A stretch of DNA of 64,000 nt from Lytechinus pictus (Eukaryota): positions 1,054,001 to 1,118,000 of the forward strand of contig NW_026974149.1 in assembly GCF_037042905.1 (NCBI RefSeq), in the 5' to 3' direction. Positions 26,811 to 39,049 of the stretch are shown here, piece by piece; the stretch's first letter is position 1; every line of letters starts with the position of its first letter. The translations under genes and the position numbers were made by a program. The notes under the pieces were generated by a model. The model ran no database searches. It was not told where the DNA came from and saw only the letters and a program-made list of their open reading frames with translations.

Positions 26811-27429
26811 GATGATTGTAAATCCAAAATGTACTTGTACAGAAGATACCCAAAGAGAACTCTATAAATATTGGCTTAGGTATTAAGTTGCTGGAACTCG
26901 TAGGCTGAGGTATAAAGTTCCTGTTCTGGAAGATTTCAGATATGTACACCTCCAGTGCTCCTCAAAGGTAGAATGGACAAATTATGTCATGCAGGTTGTT
27001 TAAATCTCCCTCTCCACTATTTGAGGTGGGGGATTTCCTGAAAGTTATGTAATACTGTCATGGTTGAATGATTTTACTGGCATGTTCTGACAGGAAATTA
27101 CACACATCCACCACACACTGACACGTGTGCTTGTGCAGTTCTTACTCTGTTTCACACAACAAAGTACAACCAGCTATATAATATACTGGTAGTGGTTATC
27201 CTATATGATCCACTACAATGATGATGGTTAATATTGCTTGTTGACCAATGTTCAAATGTGTAGACTCATGGTATAAAGGTATTATCAAGATTATTGAGTT
27301 AAAAGATACGACAGAAATATTATTAAAGAAAATAAAACAGATGAGACTGAAAATACTTATACCGAGGCTTTAGTAAATTGTGACATAATAAACACCTACA
27401 AAGAACAATACAACAACAACAACAAAATG

Positions 27430-27870
27430 AAATATTTTACCCTGTACACTAACAAGGATCGCATCTTGTCAGAACTTGAAAGTTTGGAAATAAAAAGTCC
27501 CGCAAGTGCAATAAGGGGGAAATGGTGTCATAACTTTCTTTGAGGAGGAAGACAATATAATTGGTGAAGCTGTTTACGTCTTCTTCTTAACTTGTTTATT
27601 TGCTGATTTCTATACAATAGCGAACAAAATCAATATTGAATTTCTTACAGACCGACCACCTTTGAAGAAATCAAACTAGTCGATTCGGTCTATGGGTTTT
27701 GATCAAACGATGATCCGATCGATGGAAGAAAGAGCACACTGGTCGTTGGCTTTCTCTACAATTTCGCGAAAAGAAAAGTACTATTACGATGATGTGGTGA
27801 TTTCAACCCATGCAAGATTTTATGACTATACGCGTTAAAATAGAAATGTAAAAATAAAGTTCATATCCTT

Positions 27871-27904
<34 letters not shown>

Positions 27905-29605
27905 CATTGCTTGAAAGTAAAGAAAGAATAAACAACGACTAAAAGCAATAACGGCAAAACAAAAACTGCGAAATAATGGAGTAGAAAAGATAGTTACTTA
28001 AGTTGTTACTAAATCTGCTTTTGACGTCAAAAACATCAACATACTTTTAGCATAAAGCAAATCTGGACATCTATTTACTTTAATCATTTAGGTATTGAGA
28101 GGAATTGCCCCATTTTTGTTCCATGGGTAACTTGCTCACGAATACACTAGATTTTTATGACATTCGAAAAGCCTACTGCTTTTTTTTTTTTAAGGATGGA
28201 ATAGTTGCCATTCTGTGAACACGACGATGGACATAATGTACACAACTTCTTATCGATTTTCCCGCACGCGACTATTGTACCTGCAGAAAGTGTGACGTCA
28301 TCCAATAACTTACCAACGACAGGTTTTGGCTAGAGTTTTTTTTCTTTGAAAAATAGATAGAGTTGGAAAGTTGAAAACTTACGGTGGGTACCCCCTTTTT
28401 GCAAACTTGTACGGGTCTACGATATAGAATGTTTCTAGTATTCCTTATTATTCTCGTATAGTATTTATATAATATTCCTTATAAGATTGTTGCATCTATA
28501 TTTAGATGTAGAAGAGGAGTGAAAAGAGCTTGATGTTCTGATCAAAATATAGTCCTATTATTATATCGATACAATGGTCGAGAGGTGTGTATCATTTTTA
28601 CAAAACGGTGAAAGCTTTACTCTGCAGTAAATGTGTAAATAAGCCACATTACATTTCTTTTGCAACACCATAATCAAGTTGAAATTCGGGGTGTGTTACT
28701 GTTACGCATCTTCTTCTTTTTTTCTTCTTCTACTTCTTCTTCTTCTTTCTTTTTAGGAACTATTGGAACATTATCTAGTTGCGTTACCTTTGATTTCGAT
28801 GAGTGGATGATAGGAACAATTGAACCATTTGAATAACAGCGTGAAATTTTTATAAATAGAATGCGATTGGATAGAAACAGGTAAAATAATGTTTTTTTTT
28901 CTTTGGCTGCATGAACAAAATGAACAAATTGAACAAAATGTATTTGTTTTTGTTTATATATTTTGACTACATTATATTTTTCTTTAACTATTTATAGATG
29001 CTAAATGCATCCCTTGTTCATTTTACACGAATTACTTTTACACAAGGCGATATGTTTTAGTTACCTTATTTATTTCTTCAGTGTAGATTTACTACGAATC
29101 GTTTGAATAAATTAAAATGAAAGAGATGGATGATAGAAACAAAATGAACAATTTGAATAATAGCGTGAATTTCTTGTAAATAGAATGCAATTGGGATAGA
29201 AAAAGGCTTTTGGTGTAAATAATGTATTTTGTGTTACAAATAATGAAAAAAAAAGTGAATTGAACAATATGAATAAAATGAACAAACTAAACAAATTGGA
29301 CTTTGTTGCGTGTCCTTTGATTTCGATTTCATTTCGGTCCAAGGGCTGGAATACTCTTATCCTTTACGGATATTTGCATTCATGGGGACCATAAACATAT
29401 CTTGTTTTCATAGTTGTTGCGGATACTTCGATATTACTCGATAAATATCATATGATCGAAGAAGCGATGTTCCCCTTGCCAAAATTAAAACAAAGAAGTG
29501 AAACGTTATACTGTAATATAATAACATAGCAATGGGTTTCGTAATATTTTTTTTTTATTGTTGTAATGATGAGTGAGAAAAGATGATCGATTAGTTCAGC
29601 CGCGT
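27430..29605 (+). pseudogene. Decayed ORF of unknown function, right copy of the inverted pair
   Basis: Collinear reverse-complement similarity to 17440-19297 including a shared (TA)n tract; extra ~0.5 kb at 28800-29305. Confidence 0.55.
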
Positions 29606-29707
29606 ATATACTTCGATATCGATTATATCAAAACACTTTGCAATTTCTACATTCATGACATTTAAGGGAGTTGGATTTCGACATATAAATGAAACATTTG
29701 TTTTTTA

Positions 29708-30533
29708 AGTATAAAAAGTTAAGATTTAATGCTCAAAATGAACAATGTTATCTGTTTGGAAAATTAATTGTCACACTTTATCCTACCATGTAATATTCAA
29801 ACTTATGCGATATCGTTACGCACGAATGATCGAGTGTGCATTGACGTCATGCTTGAGGGAATACCCGATATTATTATCGACTGTGCTCGTGAATAATGAT
29901 GTACGAACGTACAAACATTCCATGCAATATTTTCAAAAGTTGTGCAATAGGCCTATCGTCACGCTCGAATGATCATGAACGCATCGCCTCTATGCGACGG
30001 ACATGTCCAAGACATGTCTATCGTTTCTTTACTTTCTTCTTGTTTTTTTAGTACGGATATGGATGTTGTGCAAACCCTATGACGTCATTTGTTTTTCAGG
30101 TTTCGTCACTCTATGTCATACCGTCTTTTTATAATCCGTATTTCATAATTTATGGATACATAATTCATAATTTATTAATCCATATTTTCATATTTCATAA
30201 TTATCGATCCATATTTCGTATTTCACAATTATCGATCCATATTTCATATTTCCTAATTATTGATTAATTTATGTATTAATATTTCATATTCTATTGTTTA
30301 GAACAATATAGAATATTTCATGATTATCGATCCATATTTCATATTTCATAATTATTGATTCATTTATTAATATTTCATATTCTATTGTTTAGAACAATAT
30401 AGAATATTTCATGATTCATATTTCTATTGTTTATAATCGGAATAATTTTTATAATCGGATTATGACGTCATCGAGGAGCAGTCCTGCTCCTCCTGCTCCT
30501 CCGAGGACCCGAGGGGTACCTATATATACTACT
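29708..30533 (-). repeat. Right TIR of the Polinton-like element
   Basis: Reverse complement of 16203-16895, with extra internal duplications (9 bp and about 90 bp). Confidence 0.93.
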
Positions 30534-30971
30534 AACGTTGATTCATGATTTTGCCCCCCCCCCCCATCTGAAAATGGATCGACGCCCCTGTCTAAATGCA
30601 TAACAAACCTCGATATAATCTTCCTTTGTACGTTTCATAATCATTATTCGGTCAATTTAGAGTATAGATCTACTTTGATTTAAAAGGACAATATTTGGTT
30701 TATTTTCTTAAATCAAACGAAATGACACTTGTAAGAGATGGTTACTGAAAATCAGCAAATGCCTTTCCAAGTCAAAGTTATTGGTCATTTGAGTCTAAAT
30801 TGAAAAAGGACCCACACCCTGAATTTTGAAAATCAATTTGAATGTAGTTGTTAGCTTTCTGTACTTGAAAATATAAGTTTTCAATTGTAATTATATCTAG
30901 TCTGTTTTTAAAGGAGAAATTCAAAGCACCTCCAAAAATGCAATTAATTTCAAGCAGAAATCATGTAGAAC

Positions 30972-31087
30972 CACTGGCAGATCCAGGGGGAAGCAAAGCC
31001 AGCCCGTGCCCCCTTTTTGTTTGCCTGTCAAATTTGTTCTCAGGGGAAAATGTGCCCCTCTTTTGGAATAGCCTGGATCCGCCCCTC
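30972..31087. mobile_element. hAT-type MITE
   Basis: Degenerate CAGGGGCGGATCC TIRs; 8-bp TSD TGTAGAAC / TGTAGGAC. Confidence 0.7.
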
Positions 31088-32029
31088 TGTAGGACACGGC
31101 AGTTTCCCTCATTCTGCACTGGCATTGCAATGTTCACAATGAAACAATGCATGTTCAGACATTGATGTGAAACTTCTTTCACCGAATTACTGTAGGTTTT
31201 GATCTAAACTTGGTTCGAAAAGAAACTTATCAAACTTCACATGTGCATTACACAAATTCCACTCTGTCTGGCTTCAATAACCTTTACTTAGCACATGTAC
31301 AATGTATGTCAATTATTATCAAAGAGATTGCTATAATCACAAAGAGGCTGTAGCCCTTCCAATCAACTGGCTACAGGGCCCGTATTCCATAAACAAGATA
31401 AGCTTTTTGCTTAAGTCTTAGCAATTTGTCTTAGCATTTTGCTTGTCTAAGAAATCTTCCCTAACGATATTCTTAAAAGCCCTTCCAATCAACTGGCTCC
31501 AGGGCCCGTATTCCATAAACAAGATAAGCTTTTTGCTTAAGTCTTAGCAATTTGTCTTAGCATTTTGCTTGTCTAAGAAATCTTCCCTAACGAAATTCTT
31601 TAAAAAAAATGAAAAGACATTTGTCTCAAGTCACACGATATGGCTAAGCTAAGGTCTCAAATTATATGACCTTCTAATAAATACTGCTGCAGGGGTGACT
31701 GCAACAAACTTACAAAAATGTCACTGAAGTTGTTTTTTCCTTTAAAAAATTGATTTTATTGAAACTAATTACAACTATTGTAGTAAATGAAAAGCATTCA
31801 TCACCCATACATAGTAAGAATTTTTTATTCAGATTATCTATATTTTTTTAATTACCAAAACAATTCAATCCCAAACCGAGTGACTTGCACAGTTTTTTGT
31901 GTATCAGTCCCATTTATCACTTTTCATGTATTGTTTGTCAAAATCTAAATTGAATAGATTCCTCTCGACGTCTTTATTCTAATATTTCTAACTTTAGTTT
32001 AAGTAGACCTAAGGGAAAACTTTTGAAAC

Positions 32030-33220
32030 TTTTAAGACTAGTCTTGGGTCTAACATTAGGCCTAGATCTAGCCTAGGCCAACGATCTACCGCTAATATCC
32101 GTCTGTCTGTAGGAGAATTGAACATTGTTTTGACTTTTTTACTTTCCTGAAGGCTGAAGCAAAACGTAACTTTGTTAGTCTAGTGGCGTGCTATAGTGGA
32201 GCAACCGAGACTGAAGCTATATAGATCTAAACCTAGTATTGGTCTAGGCCTAGAACAACATTCAGGACTTAGCCTGGCTTAGCCTTAGGACAGGGATAGA
32301 TCTATCTAGATCTACATGTAGGTCTAGAATAGATCTGATTTTTTTTTGAGTTAGACCAAAAGCTTCAGTGTCCGACTGTATTTTGGTTGTTCTGCTAAAC
32401 TACGACAATGAGTACGACACTCGACAGTCTAACGTTACGTTGGCCTAGTCTCACCAATGGATATGCCAGTAAATGTCATAAACTTTTAGATAAATCCCCA
32501 GAAACGATGGTTGTTCCCGTCTACAGTGCGAGATCTATCGCTATGCATTGCTTGTCAACTACGTCTAAACTTAGATCTAGTCCTAGACATCTATTATATT
32601 TTAGATCTAAGTTAGATCTAGATCTACTCTTGTAATTTTAGGTCCATATGTTTGTTTGGAGGAGTTTATATTTTACACATTTTGGGGACTTGTAGATCTA
32701 GTTTTCTAGGACTAGAAAACAGGCCTAAAACCTAGACCTGACCAACAGCTCATGGTCTAGACTGGGGCCTAGGTTTATATAAGAATTTAGATCTAGGCGG
32801 CCTCGCCTGTGCTTTCTTCTATTCATTCTAGATTCTATTTCTAGCCTAGCCGGTAGCCCTAACGTTAGGACTGGCTGATCTAGTCTACTGTTTGATCTAG
32901 AATCTCTAACGTAGGCCTAGATCTAGATTAAATGACTAAGACTAAAAGGTAGACCCTATCTAGATCTAGAACTATATCAATCTTGGTATACATAGTAATA
33001 GGTCTAGATCTAGAGACTTGTAGACTCTATCTCAATGTAGATTCTAGATCTAAAAATAGTAAATGTAGGCTAGTCTAGATCTACTCATATAACGTTAGGC
33101 CTGAAAAAAGAAGTAGGCCTAGGCTAGGGATCTAGCATTGGATTATTTCTAGGACTAAAGCATCTTGATCTAGGCTTAGATCTAAATCTATGGGATTTAG
33201 TTCGATATCTATAGGTCTAC
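32030..33220. repeat. Region saturated with CTAG / AGATCT / AGGCCT micro-palindromes
   Basis: Dozens of TAGATCTA, TCTAGA and TAGGCCTA words with no clear period. Confidence 0.8.
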
Positions 33221-33359
33221 CGGCTTATCATAAACACTCGCGTTCGTAATCACTCGGGTCGCGTTGGAAATCACTCGGTTTTTTATTTTTGGCGATTTTT
33301 TTTTTTAACGGTGTCTTCAATGGGACAAACATGCTGGGAAAATAAAATGAAATTGAAAT

Positions 33360-34720
33360 TCGAGTTTCCTTTTAAAGAAAAAAGAAAGAAAGAAAAAAAG
33401 AAAGGAGAAAGAATTAAAAAAAGAAAGAGAGAAAGGAGAAAAGGAAGGAAGACAGAAGAAAAAAGAGGAAACACTACTCTCGATTTTGCTTTGGAGGATT
33501 TCTCCTGAAGTCTGTGTTATCCTTTATAAAGCATAGTGCATACAATTTCATATCATTATTTATATTGCTTCTCCCTTTGTTTGTGAATTATTCTACACTA
33601 ACGTAAAAATGGAGGAGGAAGAAAGTGCTGAAGAAGAAAAACAAGAAGAAAGGAGGAGGACAAGTAGAAGAAGGAAAAAAGATGGAGGAGGATATAAGGG
33701 GAGTAAAAATGAAACCGAGAAGAGAAAATTGAGGGGAGGATGGTGAAGAATAAGAACAAGAGAAGGATAAAATAAGGGGGAAGATTGAGAAGAGAAAAGG
33801 AAGCGGGTGAGAAGGAGAAGGAGGGAGATGAAAAAGGAGGAGAAAGGGAAGAAATGGAGAAGTAGAAGAAAAGGTAATAATTTAAAAGTCGAAGAAGAAC
33901 AGGGAGGAGAAGAAGAAAAAGAAGAATAAGACGACACAATAATAGGAATAAAAAATAGAAGACTGAGAAGAAAGAGAAGTAGGAGGCGGAGTGAAGTGCA
34001 CTCTGGTTATAAATAAGTCCAGGGGGGTGTTTCATCAAACAATTAGTCGGTGGTTTTCACTTACTAATTGTGATTTTATCGATACTTAGGAAACATCTTA
34101 AAATGTACACATTTTTTCAAACATAATTTTCTTCAACCCGAATAAATCATTGTGTATTTTCTAATCAATAATGTCCGATAATGTCTGAAAACTGTGGCCT
34201 CATTGACTTTAGTACAAGTTTTTCATTGCTGTTGTTTTTGCTGCTGCTATTGGTGCTGTCGGTGTGATTGTAGCATCTCCTGGTGCAGTTAGTTATTGTT
34301 GCTCAAGGTGTTGCCTGTGTGGTTGCTGTTGTCATCGCTGCTACTGCTGCTATTTACGAGTATGGCTGTTGCATCTCCTGATGCATTTATTGATGTTGCC
34401 GCTTATGTTGTTGCCTGTATGATTGCTTGTTAGAATCCTTGCTGTTGGCGTTGTTTCTACTGTCATTGTTGCTACTGCTGTTGATGTTTACCAGAGTGGT
34501 TGTTGCATCTCTTGATGAAGTTTTTTATGTTGCGACCGATGTTCCCTGCATGGTTGTTGGAGCTCCTGTTGCTTTTGATGTTACCAATGTGGTTGTTGCA
34601 TTTCTGCTGCAATTGTTATTTTTGCTGTTGCTCTTGATGTTGTCGGTGTGGTTGTTGCATCTCTTACTGCAGTTGTGCCCTTCGGCAGCTGATGCTGTTG
34701 TTGCTCCTGCTGCTGTTCAT
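33360..34720. repeat. Low complexity: purine-rich tract, then (GTT/GCT)-rich tract
   Basis: GA-rich at 33360-33990; degenerate TGTTGC repeats at 34225-34720. Confidence 0.85.
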
Positions 34721-36049
34721 GTTTATCGAAGTAACTGAAATTGAATTAATTTATAGAGCATGTGATATTTTATTAATAAAGATATTAATTTCCATAATTA
34801 TTGATATCAAAGTCATTTATTCTTTATTTAATTATAAGTTATAAATGGTTAAAATATTGTCACCAAAGCCTTATTAAACAACAAAAACAAAAAAGTTAAT
34901 AACAAAGAAATGCATAAGAAAATAATTAAAATGTACATGTATACACAATTGATTTTAATGACTTTGGTTTTTCTCATCGGTTTATCTAAGGAAGGGAGTC
35001 AACATCCAAAATTATCACATTTGGGCTTTATTTCTTGATTTAGAGCTAAATGCTGATTTCATGCAAGAGTCATATTATCATAAATAAAAAAAAAACATCA
35101 GGAGCAGCAGCATACCTGCTGATTTCTGAAGTGAGTGCACAATCAACAGGCAAGATCCTGAGGCACCCCCTTCCATCAAGATCATTTGAATTAGTAAAGT
35201 TTAATGACTGCTTTTGTAGTCATTACATTTATCTGATTTATACAGGCCTACAAGAGATATAAACAAATTGTGTTCTTTTCTGGTGTTCCTCCCTGACAAA
35301 ACAGATGGTGATGGTGTGTGTGTGTGGGGGTGGTATAATAGGAATGCAGAACATTAGAACATTCATTGACTACTTTTGCAATAGAAAACAAGTCACACCA
35401 TCTAGCATTGATTGATATTGGTTGTTTTACAACAGTCCAAGAAATATAACCATTAATCAATTAAGCATCTAAGCACTTATAGATGTCATTGTTTCTAAAT
35501 ATTGACAAGAAGAAGACCAAATAAAGAAGAGAACAGTACCAGTAATTTTTTTTTTAATGTGACTTTACTTTCTTCGCAAAAGTGAGGCAGTCATGATTAA
35601 GAGTGTTTTAACTTACTAGTGACATCACATTTCCTGCCTTCTTGTCTGGCTCTCTAAACCTTCAACCATTTAATCTTGGGTATCTTTGTATCTCATGTCT
35701 GTCTGAAAAGTTTGGGTGAAGCCTCCACCTGAAGGAAAAATAGTATTGAATTAAAATATTTGCCATAATCTTGTATTTCTTCTCACAGGTATTATGTACA
35801 TGTCAAAAAACAGAAAATAAAACATCTTTTGATTACCAGGTTTCATGCAGAAGGGAGGAAATAAAGGGTTCGAGTTTTTATTATGTTAATCAAAAATACA
35901 AACTCTAGTAAATGACATATGCTCTAGCTGAGAAACTTAAATATAGAAATTATTCCTCACAATGTAGTTTGTATGTACATACACATGAGCAAGCAGTGAT
36001 AAATGGATTGAGGGGTGAGAGCAGGGGCTGCGGAAACGGAGAGGGGGGT

Positions 36050-36300
36050 GCATGTTAGCTGCATGGTCAGCGGAACGGTTTTTTAAAGTGAGCGAGCTGA
36101 CCGTGCAAAAAAACATAACCAGATGGTCATTTTACATTTTTCAGCCCCCGCACTGTTTTCCAAAACCATGTACAAAAATGTAAAATTGACCATCTGCTTA
36201 TGATTTTTTGGCATGGTCATTCTCCCCCCCCCCCCCCACACACTTTCGGCTCAGCCCCCTCACTTTCAAAACCGTTCCGCTGACCCTGCTGCTAACATGC
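36050..36300. mobile_element. Foldback MITE (CAGGG.C.GCGGAAC family)
   Basis: GCATGTTAGC.GCA.GGTCAGCGGAACGGTTTT pairs with AAAACCGTTCCGCTGACCCTGCTGCTAACATGC. Confidence 0.7.
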
Positions 36301-37192
36301 AAAACATATTGAATCTTTTACACGTATTTCATGTTTATGTAATGTTTGCATTACAAACTGACTTTAAATAGAAAATCTGGTCAGTCTGATTTCATTGACA
36401 TTGATGTGGGTTTTAATAGGATGGTCCGGGCTGAAAGTATGTATAATTTAATAGATAAAGTATAATTGACTGAGCAAAATGACGAAAATTTCATCAAAAT
36501 CGGACAACAAATAAAAAAGTTATTGAATTTTAAAGTTTAGCAATATTTTTGTGAAAACAGTCATGAATATTCATTAGGTGGGCTGATGATATCACATTTC
36601 CACTTGTTCTTTTGTATTTTATTATATGAAATTAGGTTTATTTAAATTTTTTTATTGATATACATGTATCAAATAAAATATGTAGATTTACAGAGTGATC
36701 ATGGACAAATATTGCCCTTCAATGAATATTGTTGACATTCCATAAAGGGGAATGATCAAATATACCAATCATTTTTCTTTTTTTATTATCCTGAAATTTG
36801 TAGAATTTACCAACAATCAGTCAACAATTTATCCTTGTTAATTCATATAATTTTACTTAATTATAAACAAGACAGTCATTAACACATTAACCATACAAAT
36901 ATTAAAACCTTTTTTTCAATAATTTGATTTATTCAAATAAAATAAGTTTTTTTCGAACCCAATAGAGCTTGGATACCTTGCTGGTTAAAAGCCATGATCA
37001 AATTAATAAAAAAAGGAATAGGCTTCTAATTCATAACTGCAGCAAATAATTGCATCCCCATCAAACTGTCAACTATTTCTGGACTTTGAACTTTGTTCAC
37101 TGGAACTTTAATATGAGATTCAAAGCAAAAAGAAAATACTTGGGCTTGATGAGACCTTTAACTTTTACATGCTATTTAAGGTTAGGTATGAC

Positions 37193-37405
37193 CATGCACG
37201 GATCTAGGAGGGGACATGCCCCACCCTGCCCCCCCCCCCCCCTCTTTTTGAAAAGTAAAATAAAAAAGTGCATACCTTTTTTATATTTAAAAAAAAATTG
37301 GGGGGTTGTCTATTTTTTTCGGGTAAGAAATTTCCTTGATTTGTCAAAATTTTCCTACGAAAAATTTGCCCCCCCCCCTTTTGGAAAATCCTTGATCCGC
37401 CCCTA
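37193..37405. mobile_element. hAT-type MITE
   Basis: Exact 8-bp TSD GGTATGAC at 37185-37192 and 37406-37413; degenerate CAGGGGCGGATCC TIRs. Confidence 0.8.
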
Positions 37406-39049
37406 GGTATGACTAGACTCTAACTTTATGTCTTACGATAATATTTTTTAAAAACATATTCAGAAACACTATCAACAATAATGTTATTTACCCAAACAAC
37501 ACCGATAATATTGCAGATTGAGAGTCAAAATTTATAGGGTGCTAAATAGTAATTTGTCTAAGAAATTGACTAAGAAAAAAAAGCAAAACAAACTTCATTA
37601 TCGCACACAAATGAAGAGCATTATTTCGTCTCCCCCAAATCGGACAATCTTTTTTTAAAGGGAGCTATGCAATGGCTCATTTTACGTGGGTGCACAAAAG
37701 TCAAAGATAATTAAAGATAGATCTAGGCGTATTCTAGTACAGTAGTAGAGTTAGGCCTCGATCTATGTCCTATAGTACGGCCACGGGTGTACCATTTAAA
37801 ACTTGGATCTACATGTATAATTATATATCTAGATTTTAATTTTCATTGGGTGTGAACGCCACATCATCCCGCCCCCCCCCCCCCCCAGAATCCTCGCCTG
37901 CTGTCGAGAGCCTTCACTTCATTTGACTTGTGACTTGCTAAATAAGATGAGAACATCCAATTTACCAATTTACCACCCACACTATTACCATGTGATTTAG
38001 CTCCTGTTCAATTGCAATATCTGTAACACGAAATTGGGATGGACCCATTGGATATGTGTACATTAACAATTGCACACGCTGGTTTGCCTGATGATCGAGG
38101 ATATCTCCGACCACACCGAGCGACAAAATTAATGCAAAACCAAGGAAATTAAAAATTACGATTTTAACATAGACATAAAGGTAAAACAATATAAAGAATT
38201 CTCTTTGCAAAATTTATGAAATTGCAGCCACGTGCGGATCATAAAAATGTGTATGGACAGACTAACATTAGTCTGGACCTGAGATAGTTCTTCAGACACA
38301 GAAACACGGGTATGGGACTAGACTTGATTATGTATTGTCAAGTTTTTCGATCGTATCGACAGGGGTCCTGCAAGAAGATTCTCTTTTCTTGTAATTAATT
38401 TGATAATTACGCACCACAAATAATTCAATCACGTTACATACAATATAAACGACAATTTGAAGGGTTTTACTTACGGTAAAATCCTCATTCACGACACCAG
38501 GGACCTTCGCTTCTACTAATTATTCATTTCATTTCGAATCGTCGCGGCGAAAACATCAACAAACTAAATCATCTTTTTCAGGACTTTGGGAGTGGGCGTG
38601 GCCTAATTATTCAGCGAAAACCGTTCAAGACGAATAATAAAATAAAAATTATCTGACAATAGTCAGAGGGGCTCCGAGAGTTTCGTGAAATGCAATTTTT
38701 AGTCAGCGCTGACAGTTGTCGCGCGACAATATTGATGACAGGGACCAACAAAATTGTTTCTTTATATATATATATATAGTAGTTGAGTACATTTTATTCA
38801 AGGCACTTAATTGCCGGCTCAAAACGAAACTCAAATTTCAATTTCATTTTATTTTCCCAGCATGTTTATCCCATTGAAGACACCGTTAGAAAAAAAATCG
38901 CACCGAAAAAAAAAATCGCCAAAAATCCAAAACGCGAGTGATTTCCAACGCGACGCGAACGCGAGTGAATATAATAAGCCGGTCTACCCCCCTAAAAATA
39001 GAACTAAGCCCATAGGTACATGTAGTTCTCTATGAAGCCAAACAAAAGC

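Larger units (their letters stand above)
16203..30533 (-). mobile_element. Polinton/Maverick-type element, 14.3 kb, with pPolB but no visible integrase or capsid module
   Basis: Termini AGTAGTATATATAGGTACCCCTCGG and CCGAGGGGTACCTATATATACTACT; exact 6-bp TSD AACGTT at 16197-16202 and 30534-30539; long TIRs; pPolB inside. Confidence 0.95.
15500..30590. mobile_element. hAT-like non-autonomous element hosting the Polinton insertion
   Basis: GCGCTTCGCGCTCGCAT units near 15575 and 15794 (reverse of the 6.5-8.6 kb family); after the Polinton TSD the sequence ends GGATCGACGCCCCTG at 30590. Left end not found. Confidence 0.5.
33222..38980. mobile_element. 5.76-kb DNA transposon relic with ~140-bp TIRs and an 8-bp TSD; superfamily uncertain (Merlin/MULE-like)
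   Basis: GGTCTACC|GGCTTAT at left and ATAAGCC|GGTCTACC at right; 33222-33360 is the reverse complement of 38834-38980. Confidence 0.85.

Noticed and set aside
33283-34738. Hydrophobic or membrane-like ORFs (also 60786-61115 and 15873-16316)
   Set aside because: They derive from purine/pyrimidine tracts and microsatellites.
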